Source of the DNA: Octopus bimaculoides
Taxonomy: Eukaryota
Length of the DNA: 64,000 nucleotides
Assembly: GCF_001194135.2 (NCBI RefSeq)
Contig: NC_068987.1
Location: forward strand, 3,881,993 to 3,945,992
Direction: 5' to 3'
The notes beneath the pieces are model-generated. The model was not told where the DNA came from, did not search any database, and saw only the letters and a program-made list of their open reading frames with translations. Positions within the stretch are counted from its first letter, which is position 1. Every line of letters begins with the position of its first letter. This document shows positions 37,948-51,100 of the stretch, piece after piece. The position numbers were made by a program, and so were the translations under genes.

Positions 37948-38062
37948 ACCTGGAGCAGAGATTTTATCGATCTGAGCCAGACTGCATTGCTGTTGGTAAA
38001 CCATTGCCAGAGTTTGATCTTTATATCAGTACTGTCCTGCCTTTAGAAAACAAGGGTATCAG
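37948..38062 (+). CDS. TTC17: TTC17 internal exon
   Basis: ttcttag|AC...AG|gtatgt; 115 nt, phase 1 to 2; (D)LEQRFYRSEPDCIAVGKPLPEFDLYISTVLPLENKGI(R) versus GLEQRHNKEDPDCIKAKVPLGDLDLY. Confidence 0.93.
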
Positions 38063-39559
38063 GTATGTTGAGGTTAGATTCACTCATTTCTAACCTTAAA
38101 TCTTGTAAGTTTTCTAAAACTTGTCTTTTGTTTTCACAATTTTTCTCCAATTTACATAATCCAAACCAATGCATTTCTTATGTTTTATCACTGACAACTT
38201 GTCATCTAAGTTTCACATTTGTCGTATTACAAAGACTGGACGTATTGGTGAACCGTTGCTAAATATTCACAAACTATAGGCTTGGTTGGGTGGTTAAGAA
38301 GCTTGTTTCCCAACCACATGGTTCTGAGCTCAATTCCACTGCATGATACCCTGGTTAATGTCTTCTATAGCCTTTGGCCAATCAAAGTCTTGTGAGTGGA
38401 TTTGGTAGATGGAAACTGAAAGAAGCCATCATGTGTGTGTGTGTGTGTGTGTACCCTTGTGTAGACATCATGTGATGGTTGTAAATGAGCATCACCACCC
38501 TACAAGCGAGGTTGTTTGTTCCTAGTCTTCCATGAAAAATATGTCCAGCCGTAGGAAACAGGGGGCAGGTTGGCAATAGAAAGAGCATGACATCCACCTC
38601 AACAAATTCTGTCCACCCTTGCAAGCCTGGAAAAGTGAACATTAAAATGACAATGATGACAACAACAACAACGATGATGATGATGATGATGATGATTAAT
38701 AACATTATATTGATCTGCAGTTTTTGAGACTTCTAATATTTTTCTATTAATCAACCAAGTATTGATTCTTGTCTTCTCTTTCCGCAATCCATTGATTGCT
38801 ATTGCTGTTAAGTATTCTAATTAGAATTAATAACTGCAGGTTTTAATCAATTCTGGGAGCCTTCCAATTGCTGTCATACTTGATTTGTATTATTCTTTTT
38901 GTAAATTTTCTACTTGTTTTTATTTCATTATTTTCTTTTACACAATTTTACTTGAAGTAGCCCTCCTGGTTTTTCAAGTCGGCTTATCTAACATCTGTAC
39001 CAGAATCAATTATTTCAATATTTTTTCTAAATTTTTTCCACTTTTATTTTGTAATGTATTTTTTAAAAAATTATTAGACTCTTTTGGTGAATAAGATTAG
39101 TGTTTATTTTTGTTTTTCATTTTCTGTAACATATTTATTTCCCACTTTATTTCGGTGAGCACATATGAAAGTTTTGCTCCCTGTTCAACTTAAACCTGTT
39201 TCCTTTGATATTACCATACTTTTGGGTAAATTAGGTCATTTAATAATTAAGTTTGTTTTATCATCATCATTATTTAATATCCACTTTTCCATGCTTGACT
39301 GGGTTAGACAATTTGTTGAGACAGATTTTCTATGACCAGACACCCTTCCTGTCACTAACCCACGCCTGTAACAAATCAAAGTAATACTCCCTCGTGGTTA
39401 AGACATGTTTTTCATGGAAGACTGGAAGTCAGCAACGTTGCTTGTATGAGGGTGATACTCATTTACAGCCATCACATGATGGCGATGAGGCCTATTGAGT
39501 CGAGTACATCAAAATCAAATCAAACCACAATCAAATGGAAATTGTAGTTGTGGCTGATG

Positions 39560-39985
39560 CCAGTGCCACCTGTCTGGCTCCTGTGCCGGTGGAATGCAGT
39601 AAGCACTATTCACATGTGGGTTGTTGCCAGTGCCGCTTGACTGGCTCCCTGTACTGGTGGCACGTAAAAAGCACCATCTGAACATGGTCAATGCCAGCCC
39701 TCTTGCCCCAACTGGCTCCTGTGCCAGTGGCATGTAAAAAGCACCATCCAAACGTGGCCGATGCCAGTGTTGCCTGACTGGCTCCCATGCTAGTGGCACG
39801 TAAAAAGCACCCACTACACTTTCAGAGTGGTTGGCATTAGGAAGAGCATCCAGCTGTAGAAACACTGCCAGATCAGACTGGAGCCTGGTGCAGCTTCCTG
39901 GCTTGCCATCTCCAGTCAAACTGTCCAACCCATGCCAACATGGAAAATGGACGTTAAACAACAACAATGATGATGATGATGATAT
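39560..39985 (+). mobile_element. (GAT)n-tailed RTE-type repeat with internal ~66-70-bp tandem array
   Basis: aagcac anchors at 39601, 39669, 39739 and 39805, then gagtggttggc...ggaagagcatccagctgtagaaac...ccaacccatgc...gttaaa and a GAT tail. Other copies at about 14532-14703, 25470-25790(-), 31580-31910, 35530-35900(-), 42400-42670(-), 43790-44095(-), 44425-44900(-), 61675-61935(-). Confidence 0.8.
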
Positions 39986-39989
39986 ATAT

Positions 39990-40025
<36 letters not shown>

Positions 40026-40787
40026 ACAAACCTCTATGATGGGCTTCTTTTGTTTTCCATCTGCCAAATCCACTCACAAGATTTTGGTCAGTCTGGCACT
40101 AAAGTAGGAGACACTTGCCCAAAGTGCCACACAGTGGGGCTGAACCTGAGACCATATGGTTTGGAAGCAAGCTTCTTAAACCATACAACCACACCTATGC
40201 TGCCACACCTTTGCCTTTCATGAGAAAGAATTTCTTGGAGTGTTTATATCTCCATAACTTGGCAGTTCAGCAAAGAAGACTGATAGAATAAGTATCAGGC
40301 TTTAAAGGAAAAAATAAGTATTGGGGGTTGATTCATTTGATTAAAATTCTTCAAGGCGGTGCCCCAGCATGGCCACAGTCCAATGACTGATACAAGTAAA
40401 AGATAAAGAATTAAGCTTCTTAATAAAATCACTTTACTTCAGTTTCCGTTGCCAGTCACCTTTGAAGTTGTTCTGTCTCATTCTTTCTCCTCCTCTAGAT
40501 TTCTGGCTTGGAAATCAACTCTGTTACTGTTCATATTACACCCATCCTCATTTATCACTGATTCATTCATCACTGGTCTGTGATAAAACAGTACGCTCAA
40601 TTGTGAACTGTGTTAAGCTTATCATGGATTGATCTGTGAGAGCATGGATGCGCGATTAAAGATTTTGCTTGGATCACAAAAGCATACTTCAGTAACTATC
40701 TGCGATGCTCTGTTGCACTTAATGCACTAATTATCACTCATGTTTACATTACCACATTGCAAATCTATATTTTATACGGATTTGTAT

Positions 40788-41021
40788 CTGGACTGTGGAG
40801 TCAGAGTCGGTAAAACTATATTGACTCTGATTCTGACTCACAATGTCTTTCTTCTTTAATATAAACCAGTTATAACATACAGGCCTACTAAAAGTACAAG
40901 TGTATGCTTTATGAGATATATAGACCACAATCACTTAATTACATAAAGAGGAGTCAGAGGTGCCAATAGTAGAGGAGTCAGAGTCGGAGTCGGAGTTTTT
41001 TGTTGTGACTCCACAGCCCTG
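40788..41021. mobile_element. hAT-type MITE with ggagtc subterminal repeats
   Basis: TIR ctggactgtggagtc / gactccacagccctg; 8-bp flanks atttgtat and atttatat (7/8). Confidence 0.7.
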
Positions 41022-42056
41022 ATTTATATACACATATCCATCGACTTCCCACCAGTGAAGAGAAAAAATATTTTTCACTTTTATATTTTCATTACTCACT
41101 GACCATTTATTATTAAATTTTACTCTGGATTATATTCCAAACATGAAACAATATAATTATGTGTGTTCAACCCTTTAGCACTTAAACTGACCATATCCAG
41201 CTAAATTATTCTTTTTTATGTTCAAACTGGCCAGATCTCTCCTCTTACACCTGCCCTACAATGTCATTCTAAAAATAAACAATCACTCCTTGAAATGTTG
41301 ATGCTACAATAAGCATTACATTTGACAGTGATCTGAATGCTAAAGGGTTAGGAAGTGTTTGGAGGTGTTATTTGGATAAGTTAGGAGGACAGCATTGGGT
41401 CTCTTTGTTTCCATTACGTTCTATTGTTCTTTTATAACTGATTCATTTAAAACGGTGTCTGTTTGATGCCAACACCCCTTATAATAAATGAAGATAAGCA
41501 CATGTTCTGGATTAGGCACAAAACCAGCACTTTTGAGGGGAGGGGAATTAGTTGATACCATCAACCCCCAGCATTTGACTGGTATTTTTATTTTGTCAGT
41601 TCTGGTGGGATTTTGAACTGAGAACATGAAGAGCCAGAACAAATACCACAAAGTACTTATTCTGATTCTCTAACAATCTTACCAATTCACCATCTTATCA
41701 TCATCATTTAGCATTTATTTTCCATGCTGGCATGGGTTGGACCTGTATTCCTGCTATAATTCCTTTATTCCTTCAATAGACACAAGGCTTGAAATTTCGG
41801 GGGAGCGGGCTAGTCGATTACATTGACCCCAGTACCTGACTGGTATTTTATTGACCTCAAAAGGCTGAAAGACAAAGTTGATCTCGGGACACAAAGAAGA
41901 CCGAAATATCACTAAGCATTTTGCCCGGCATGCTAATGATTCTGCCAGCTCGTTAGAATAAACAGCTCATTAATAATAAACAACATTTCTGCAAATAACT
42001 CTCCTCTGACATTCTTTTTAGTTTTATTCTCTTTTTTTTTTCTTTGTTTATTGTAG

Positions 42057-42168
42057 ACAAGAGGAACATATTGATTTCAAAGCTGTGCCAAGTAACAAAC
42101 CTCTTCCCCCTGATTGTACCCAAGTGACAGATCTTCACTATAGCATCCATGCATTCGAACATCTTGAG
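42057..42168 (+). CDS. TTC17: TTC17 internal exon
   Basis: ttgtag|A...GAG|gtgagt; 112 nt, phase 2 to 0; QEEHIDFKAVPSNKPLPPDCTQVTDLHYSIHAFEHLE versus PDCTKILELPYSIHAFQHL. Confidence 0.94.
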
Positions 42169-44210
42169 GTGAGTAGAGAATCATTACGTTTGCTTAAGGA
42201 TGCTACCAGCAGGACATTGTTAAGAAATTTGAATGTCTTTGTGTTGTTTGAAAAAGTCATTTTTACACCTGAACATTGTTGTTACTGTTGAAGCAGGCAA
42301 CTGTAAAATTGGTGTGTTTCTGAGCTGTGTGACAGATAGGTGCTGCCATCTGGAACTGATGTGGCATAGCATAGTAAATATGTGATACTCATCATTATCA
42401 TCATCATCATTTAATTTCCGTTGTCCATGCTGGTATGGGTTGGATGATTTGACTGGGTTGGCACGCTGGAAGGCTGCACCAGGTTCCAATCTGATCTGGC
42501 GAGGTTTCTACAGCTGGATGCCCTTCCTAACGCCAACCACTCCGAGTGTATAGTGGGTGCTTTTTACATGCCACAGGCACAGGAACCAGTCAGGGGTCAC
42601 TGGCATTGGCCACGTTCAGATGGTGCTTTTTACGTTCCACCAGCACAGGAGCCAGTCAGGCAGCCCTGTCTTAAACAAGAATATTATCGACAGTGACTTT
42701 GAAGTTTTGGCCAGTTAAACCATAACTTCAAAGCCACTGTCAAGAAGGCTTCCACACAGTTTCACTCACAAGGAGTTGTTTGGCTTGGGACTATGGTAGA
42801 AGACACTTTCCCAAAGTGCTGTGCCTTGAGATTGAACCTGAAACCACATGGTTCCAAAGCCAGCTTCTAAGCCTCACAGCCGTGCCTGCACCTATATATC
42901 TTATATATTTCTTTTGTATTTGATCAGTTTGAAGATAATACAAACATTGTGCTTAAAAACAGGAACTTGAAAGCAAAAAAGAAAAAGACTCAGAGATCCC
43001 CACTCCTTGCATCTAAGTGTTATTTCATCATCTTCACTAATGTACTTTCTCAAAGTACAAAGACTCTCATTTTGTGGTTCAGTTTTCATCCATTCATTTG
43101 TATGAAGTACTATTTTGTACAAGTGTCTATTTTCACTCCCACCCCCTCCCTCCCTCCCTCNNNNNNNNNNNNNNNNNNNNNNNNNNNNNNNNNNNNNNNN
43201 NNNNNNNNNNNNNNNNNNNNNNNNNNNNNNNNNNNNNNNNNNNNNNNNNNNNNNNNNNNNNNNNNNNNNNNNNNNNNNNNNNNNNNNNNNNNNNNNNNNN
43301 NNNNNNNNNNNNNNNNNNNNNNNNNNNNNNNNNNNNNNNNNNNNNNNNNNNNNNNNNNNNNNNNNNNNNNNNNNNNNNAAAAAAGAAAACCCAACTGGCG
43401 CTCTGTCCATTATGACGATGAGGGGTTCCAGTTGATGCAATGAAGAGAACAGCCTGCTCGTGAAATTAACGTGCAAGTGGCTGAGCACTCCACAGACACA
43501 TATACCCTTAACGTAGCTCTCGGGGAGATTCAGCGTGACATGGAATGTGACAAGGCTGACCCTTTGAATTACGGGTATAACTAATTTTTGGTAGTTGAGT
43601 GAACTGGAGCAATGTGAAATAATGTGTCTTGCCCAGGCATTTTTTGGGGAAAAAATTGTGTCTTATATGACATCAAATTTGGTAAATATAATCTATATAA
43701 AACAGCAGTTCTCAACTGCAGCCCCCAGGGGTACTTGCGGTCCTCAAGCATCCTTCTGGTGACCCCTGACAGTCTTCCCTCTATAAATCATCATCATCAT
43801 CATCATTTAACCTCCGTTTTCCATGCTGGCATGGGTTGGACGTTTTGACTGGTCTGGAAAGCCGGCAACTGCACCAGGTTCCAATCTGATCTGGAAATGT
43901 TTCTACAGCTGGATGCCCTTCCTAACGCCAACCACTCTGAGAGTGTAGTGGGTGCTTTTTACATGCCACCAGCACAGGAGCCAGTTAGGTGGCCCTGGCA
44001 TATATCACATTTGGATAGTGCTTTTTACGTGTCACCAGCACGGGAGCCAGTTGGGGCACTGGCATCGACTACGTATGGATGGTGCTTATAATGAGTTTTT
44101 TGGGGTTTTTTTTTTACTTGTGTTTTATTTTTTTTTGATGCAGTTTTGGATCTGGCTTGGAAATTAAAAAGGTTCAGAATCACTGATATAAAATGTTTTT
44201 GATTATTACA

Positions 44211-44257
<47 letters not shown>

Positions 44258-44270
44258 TGTTTCTCCACAG

Positions 44271-44387
44271 GGCATGAAAGCAAGAAAGAATCTTTCTGGT
44301 ACTGCTGAACTTGGTCTGAAGAATGCTATTCCTCATCGAGATAATGTTGATGATTATGGAAACCTGATCTATGAAGCTATGAAGAAG
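44271..44387 (+). CDS. TTC17: TTC17 internal exon
   Basis: ccacag|GGC...AAG|gtgagc; 117 nt, phase 0; GMKARKNLSGTAELGLKNAIPHRDNVDDYGNLIYEAMKK versus GVQERVNLS...IDDIGHLIHEGLQK. Confidence 0.92.
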
Positions 44388-45346
44388 GTGAGCGAATAAG
44401 AACAGCTTTTGATTTTCATTGGAAATCATCATCATCATCGTTTAACGTCTGCTTTCCATGCTGGCATAGGTTGGATGATTTGACTGAGGACTGGCAAGCC
44501 AGGAGGCTGCACCAGGCTCCAATCTGATCTGGCAAGGTTTCTACAGCTGGATGCCCTTCCTAATGCCAACCACTCTGAATGTGTAGTGGGTGCTTTTGAC
44601 GTGCCACCAGCATGAGGGCAAGTCAGGCGGTACTGGCATCGACCACGCTTGAATGGTGCTTTTTACATGCCACCGGCATGAAAGCCAGTCAGGCGGTATT
44701 GGCAACAACCACACTCAAATGGTGGTTTTTATGTGCCACCGGCGCGGGTGCCAGTCAGGCAGTACTGGCATCGGCCATGATACTGATTCCACTTGAGTCA
44801 ACAGGTCTTCTCAAGCACAATTCATTGCCCAGCAATTGAAGGGTACTCTTAAATGAACCGGTTATACTACACTGGCAGAGGCCACGGTTACGGTCTCACT
44901 TGGCTTGCCGGGTCACATATAGGAAATTAATTATTCTTTGGTCATGGATGTTGGGAAACAACTGTCTCTGAAGAATCTCTGGAGTGACTTTACTTGACAG
45001 TGTGCTTAGTTTGGAGATCAGAGAGTCTCTCCAGGTCTGGCTGCTACTTCTCCGCTTTGAGCGGTCACAGCTCCCGTTTTTTTCTCATCTTACAAGTTAC
45101 TTGGTCACCTCCCCATTTTTAATATATATATGTATGTATGTTTGTGTTTGTCTGTTTGTCTGTCTCCCACTACTGTTTGATTAGCAGTTCAGTAAAAGTG
45201 ACCAATAGAATAAGTACCAGGCTTTGAAAAATAAGTAGTGGGGTCTACAAAGTGGTGCCCCAGCATGGTTGCAGTCTCATGACAGAAACAAGTAAAAGAT
45301 AAAATTGTTTGTAGATTTTATTTTCATCTATTTAAATTGTTTCCAG

Positions 45347-45456
45347 AACAAAACGTCCTGGGTTCTATTCAACATGGCAGCATTTTACTGGCGTATCAAG
45401 GGAGATTCCTACCAAGTTATTGAATGTCTACGCAGGGCTTTGCATTATTCTCCAAG
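45347..45456 (+). CDS. TTC17: TTC17 internal exon (TPR region)
   Basis: ttccag|AAC...AG|gtaagt; 110 nt, phase 0 to 2; NKTSWVLFNMAAFYWRIKGDSYQVIECLRRALHYSP versus NTSSWVLYNMASFYWRIKNEPYQVVECAMRALHFSS. Confidence 0.96.
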
Positions 45457-45589
45457 GTAAGTAAACTCCTCAATATTTACTCGATAACTCACTTCACTTG
45501 CTTCACAGTTTTATTTGAAGGCTTGAAAGAGATGAAGCCAGTATACTCCACTGGATGTACAAATGTCACTGTGCATGTTTAACAAAGTG

Positions 45590-45835
45590 TAAATGTTGAA
45601 AGAAAAATTGGACAGAAGAGCCGTCAGATGTAGTGTGCAATAGAGAAAACTGTACTGGTAAGGTTATGTGCTGTGTATGGATGAGGACAGCTGCTTAAAA
45701 TAAGGGCTGATCTCTGAGTGTGGATGGAACCTGTGGAAGAAGACCCAGTAAGATGTGGGACAGAGTAGTGAAAAAAAAAATGTCTTTCAGATGTTGATGA
45801 TCACAGGGGAGACAACAAAGGACCTAGATGGTTGG
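45590..45835 (+). mobile_element. Decayed RTE LINE 3' remnant
   Basis: Broken frames resembling LRWYGHVLRM...DGTCGRGRPxKTWDxVVK; several stops. Confidence 0.45.
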
Positions 45836-46319
45836 TCTTCAAGGTTGCAACCTTTTCAATAGTCTTGACTATTGGAAAGGTTGCAAGACGCAACGAAAAT
45901 TTAAGGAAAATAAAAATACCGGTGAGGGTGTTAAATTATAAGGCACAAGAAGAAGATGATTCTCCCCAGACACTTCACACACACATATATACACACATAC
46001 CTCCCTGTAACTAGAAAGTGTGCCCTAACACAATTTCTGAACCATCTCCTCTTTCTTTTTCCATCTGGTGTAGCCATGCATCTCCTCCACTGCAAGACAT
46101 TTGTTCCTGTCTTACATACTGGGGGGTCGATCTAATTGACTGGGCCCCTCCCCTACAAATTTTGGGCCTTGTGGCTAGAGTAGAAAAGAATATTCCTTTT
46201 GTTGTTAAGACTTTTATTTTGGGGCAGTTCCTCTTACAAGACCATTTTGTCTCTTGCATAAAATATGCTGTCCTCCATTTTGCTTTCCAAATGATGAAAA
46301 TTGTTGTTATTTCTTGCAG

Positions 46320-46465
46320 GATGCAGAAGGATGTGGCTCTGATTAGTTTGGCTAACGTCCTGCACAGGGCCCGTTATTCTAATGAGGCAGCTATTGTTGT
46401 ACATGCAGCTCTTGATGTCTCAAAGGAGTTAAACGTTAACCACTTCACTCTGGGTAACATCTACG
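46320..46465 (+). CDS. TTC17: TTC17 internal exon (TPR region), 3' end lost in gap
   Basis: ttgcag|G ATG...; (R)MQKDVALISLANVLHRARYSNEAAIVVHAALDVSKELNVNHFTLGNIY versus KDIALVNLANVLHRAHFSADAAVVVHAALD...YTLGNIYA; the last ~2 nt and the donor fall in N at 46466. Confidence 0.95.
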
Positions 46466-47680
46466 NNNNNNNNNNNNNNNNNNNNNNNNNNNNNNNNNNN
46501 NNNNNNNNNNNNNNNNNNNNNNNNNNNNNNNNNNNNNNNNNNNNNNNNNNNNNNNNNNNNNNNNNNNNNNNNNNNNNNNNNNNNNNNNNNNNNNNNNNNN
46601 NNNNNNNNNNNNNNNNNNNNNNNNNNNNNNNNNNNNNNNNNNNNNNNNNNNNNNNNNNNNNNNNNNNNNNNNNNNNNNNNNNNNNNNNNNNNNNNNNNNN
46701 NNNNNNNNNNNNNNNNNNNNNNNNNNNNNNNNNNNNNNNNNNNNNNNNNNNNNNNNNNNNNNNNNNNNNNNNNNNNNNNNNNNNNNNNNNNNNNNNNNNN
46801 NNNNNNNNNNNNNNNNNNNNNNNNNNNNNNNNNNNNNNNNNNNNNNNNNNNNNNNNNNNNNNNNNNCCTACTGTGCGACACCTTGGGCACTTATACTATA
46901 GCCTCGGGCTGATCAAAGCCTTCTGAGTGGATTTTGTAGACAGAAACTAAAACAAGCCAGTTGTGTGTGGTGTGTTTATATCCCCGTAACTTAGCGGTTT
47001 GGCAAAAGTGACCGGTAGAATAAATATTAGGCTTAAAAAGAATTAATCCTGGGGTTGATTTGTTCGACTAAAGCCGGTGCTCCAGCATGACGGCAGACAA
47101 ATGACTGAAATGAATTAAAGAATAAAAGTAGTCCACTCTGCTGGGTTAGGGTTAGGGTCAGGAAGGGTATCCAACTGTAAAAATCCTGCCTAAAACAGTC
47201 ACAGAAATCTGGTGCAGGCTTCTGACTGGCTGGCTCTTGTGGTACCGTTCCACCCATGCTAGCATGGAACACAGACGTTAAATGACAATGATGATGATGA
47301 TGAAGTACGTCAGTATAGTACACAAGTATTTATTTCAACTCTACGTAGTATTCAGTTTTCATGACTCGTGTGTAATCAAACTGGCCCTACTTGAACGACT
47401 TTTTTTATTCATACTGCTTATTATTTTGATATTTAATTATAATTCATCAGCATCATCATCAGCATCATCATCATCATCATAACATGCATGCTTCCACAAG
47501 TCAGAGGCAAGGTCATATTTACTCATGGCCAGGCATTTTCTCACAGAATATTGGAAACAAAGGACATCACTGTCTGACTGTGATTTTCATTTACAGCTGT
47601 CACACACTGTCAAGGCAAAGACACACACATACACGATTGTGTATGTATACAACAGACTCTTTTTCAGTTTCCATCTACCA

Positions 47681-47882
47681 CTGTGTTTTTCAAACTGTGG
47701 GTCACAAGATAAATAAAATGGGCCTCAACAAAAAAAAAAAAGAAAGAAAAAAAAACGCAAGTGGGTGCAAAGTGCAGAATATAAACCAGCATTTTTTGAG
47801 CTGTGGGTCCCGACCCTTGACCCTTCAATGGATTGCGAGATAAATAAAATGGGTTGTGATAAAAAAAGTTTGAAAAACCCTG
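47681..47882. mobile_element. hAT-type MITE inserted into a SINE
   Basis: TIR ctgtgtttttcaaact / agtttgaaaaaccctg; perfect 8-bp TSD atctacca at 47673-47680 and 47883-47890, which is part of the SINE motif ttccatctacca. Confidence 0.8.
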
Positions 47883-48000
47883 ATCTACCACATCCACTGA
47901 AAAGTATCTTTGTTTCTTGTTTTTGTTTTATGTGATGTGTTTCTTTCAGTTGGTTCGTTGTCTTCTCCTGAGAGAATGTGTCTCCACTTCTCATTCACAG

Positions 48001-48140
48001 GTTCTGGGAGAGTACAATAAGTCTGTGATATGTTTTGAAAATACTTTGAAAATCCAGCCAGAATTTGAAGCAGCAGCAAAACGAAAACATGCCGTCCTCT
48101 GTCATGCAAAGCTTGAAAGTGCGTTGGAGGCTCAGCATAG
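48001..48140 (+). CDS. TTC17: TTC17 internal exon (TPR region)
   Basis: ttcacag|GTT...AG|gtgcgt; 140 nt, phase 0 to 2; VLGEYNKSVICFENTLKIQPEFEAAAKRKHAVLCHAKLESALEAQH versus MLGEYNHSVLCYDHALQARPGFEQAIKRKHAVLCQQKLEQKLEAQH. Confidence 0.96.
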
Positions 48141-51100
48141 GTGCGTCTTTGACTTTTGATTTACTCTATTTGGAGAGGGGAAGGTATGCGGGTTAGTTGT
48201 CAGGAGCATTGAACTCATAGCCATAAGATTGTGGTTTCAATTCCCAGACCAGGCAACGCATTGTGTTCTTGAGCAAAACATTTCATTTCACGTTGCTCCA
48301 GTTCACTCAGTTGACAAAAGTGAGTATTCCTATGATGGCTTGGCAGCCTATCCAGGGGTAAAAAAAATATATATACACCACATAAATCAGGAAACCAGCC
48401 CTATAAGTTTCTGTGACTCCGGAACAAGTTTTAACTTCCATATTTGATGGCATAAAAGATGTGTGGGTGTATTAGATGCATCCCAATTTCAACAATGTAT
48501 CTTTTTATGTATTTCAGCTGTTTGACTGTGGTCATGCTGGAGCACTCACTGCCTTAAAGAATTTTAGTTGAATAAATCCACCCCAGGATTTATTTTATTT
48601 TATAGCCTGGTACTTATTCTGTGTCTTGTATGCCATCAAATACAATATCTTTCAATGGAAACCCGTAGAATTTACCTTTATGTGTTTGTTTTCATCATCA
48701 TCATCATCATCATCATCATTGTTTAACATCAGCTTTCCATGCTGGCATGGGTTGGATGGTTTGACATGGAGATGTCTTGCAGGGTGCTGTCCAGACTCCA
48801 GCTGTATTTTGAGGCATTGTTATTCATAACACCAACCACTTAACAGTGTGCTGGGTGCTTTTTTTTTATGCCACCAACCCGGGGGGCGTTCATGCATGGG
48901 TGCTTTTTAAGTAGCACCAACGCCTAATATATATTCTTCTATTTGTTTCAGTCATTTCAGTGTGGCCCTGCTAGGGCACCACCTTTAGTCAAACAAATCG
49001 ACCCCAGGACTTATTCCTTGTAAGCCTAGTAGTAGTTATTCTATTGGTCTCTTTTTCTGAACCACTAAGTTACGGGGACACACCGACATCGGTTGTCAAG
49101 CAATGGAGGGGGAACAAACACAGACACACAAACATATACATATATATATGTATGTATATATATATATATATATATATACATGCGACGGGCTTCTTTCAGT
49201 TTCCGTCTACCAAATCCACTCACAACGCTTTANNNNNNNNNNNNNNNNNNNNNNNNNNNNNNNNNNNNNNNNNNNNNNNNNNNNNNNNNNNNNNNNNNNN
49301 NNNNNNNNNNNNNNNNNNNNNNNNNNNNNNNNNNNNNNNNNNNNNNNNNNNNNNNNNNNNNNNNNNNNNNNNNNNNNNNNNNNNNNNNNNNNNNNNNNNN
49401 NNNNNNNNNNNNNNNNNNNNNNNNNNNNNNNNNNNNNNNNNNNNNNNNNNNNNNNNNNNNNNNNNNNNNNNNNNNNNNNNNNNNNNNNNNNNNNNNNNNN
49501 NNNNNNNNNNNNNNNNNNNNNNNNNNNNNNNNNNNNNNNNNNNNNNNNNNNNNNNNNNNNNNNNNNNNNNNNNNNNNNNNNNNNNNNNNNNNNNNNNNNN
49601 NNNNNNNNNNNNNNNNNNNNNNNNNNNNNNNNNNNNNNNNNNNNNNNNNNNNNNNNNNNNNNNNNNNNNNNNNNNNNNNNNNNNNNNNNNNNNNNNNNNN
49701 NNNNNNNNNNNNNNNNNNNNNNNNNNNNNNNNNNNNNNNNNNNNNNNNNNNNNNNNNNNNNNNNNNNNNNNNNNNNNNNNNNNNNNNNNNNNNNNNNNNN
49801 NNNNNNNNNNNNNNNNNNNNNNNNNNNNNNNNNNNNNNNNNNNNNNNNNNNNNNNNNNNNNNNNNNNNNNNNNNNNNNNNNNNNNNNNNNNNNNNNNNNN
49901 NNNNNNNNNNNNNNNNNNNNNNNNNNNNNNNNNNNNNNNNNNNNNNNNNNNNNNNNNNNNNNNNNNNNNNNNNNNNNNNNNNNNNNNNGGGGGTGGATTT
50001 GGGGGCAGTCCAGTATTTTTACCTCACGGCCACACATGTAGTCTCTTTTATATGAGAGAGAGAGAGAGAGACAGACAAACAGGTAGACTGAGAGAAAGAC
50101 AGTGTGAGAGAGAGAGATAGAGAGAGACAGACAGGTAGAGTGAGAGAGAGAGAGAAAGAAACAGATCAGACACACACACACACACTTTGCCCTCCCTGCA
50201 TATCCTTTATTTTTTTTTTACTTGTTTCAGTCATTGGGCTGCAGCCATGCTGGAGCAACACCTTGAAGGGTTTTAGTTGAACAAATCTACCCCAGTACTT
50301 ACCTCTTTTTTTTAAAGTCTGGTACTTTTTCTGTCACCCCATTTTGTTGAACCACTAAGTTATAGGGATATAAACAAACCAACACTGGTTGTCAAGTACT
50401 GGAGGGGAAACAAACACAAAAACACACACACATACGATGGGATTGTACTCGGTTTCCATCTCCCAAATCCATTCGCAAGGCTTTAGTCAGATTGCGGTTG
50501 TAGTAGAAGACTTTTGCCCAGTGGGACTGAACCTGAAACCACATGGTTGCCAAGCAAGCTTCTTAACCAGGCAGTCATCCCCACACCTTTGCATGCGGTG
50601 TTTCGTAAATATTGGAGATTGTTGTTGCAACAATCTGTCCCCTGTGATGTGAACTGTCTGTGGAAATTTCCAGAGTCTTCTGAGCTTCTTTCTTTTCCAC
50701 TTGAGTTCTGTCGTCTGAGTACACTGATTGATACACATCTGTACATACAACATAAGGCCCCAGATCTAAGCTTTGGAGATATTGGTTTTGGTTTCAATAT
50801 CTACACACACACACACACACACATCATCATCATCACCATTAAATGTCTGTTAAAACCTGGCTTAGGTTGGATGGTTTGACAGGAGCCAGGCTGCTGAAAG
50901 GCTGCACCTGGATCCCACCATCTGTTTTGGTAGGGTTTCTATCACCAGATGCCTTTCCTAACACCAATTTCTTTACAGAGTGTACTGGGTGCTTTTTCAT
51001 GGTGCCAGCGTGTGTGTGTATATTCTTTTATTTGTTTCAGTCAGTTGACTGCAGCCATGCTGGAGCACCGCTTATAGTCAAACAAATCAACACCATGACT

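Noticed and set aside
39560-39815. Regularly spaced ~66-bp repeats as a possible CRISPR-like array
   Set aside because: The whole unit repeats with no unique spacers, it is embedded in a eukaryotic retroposon and there are no cas genes.
47143-47163. gggttagggttagggtcagg telomere-like motif
   Set aside because: Only two full TTAGGG units, inside a known repeat position that reads gggtgtcagg in other copies; local slippage.
50600-50740. Stop-free minus-strand stretch (DDRTQVEKKEAQKTLEISTDSSHHRGQIV...)
   Set aside because: No recognisable family, poor splice signals and flanked by SINE and CA repeat.
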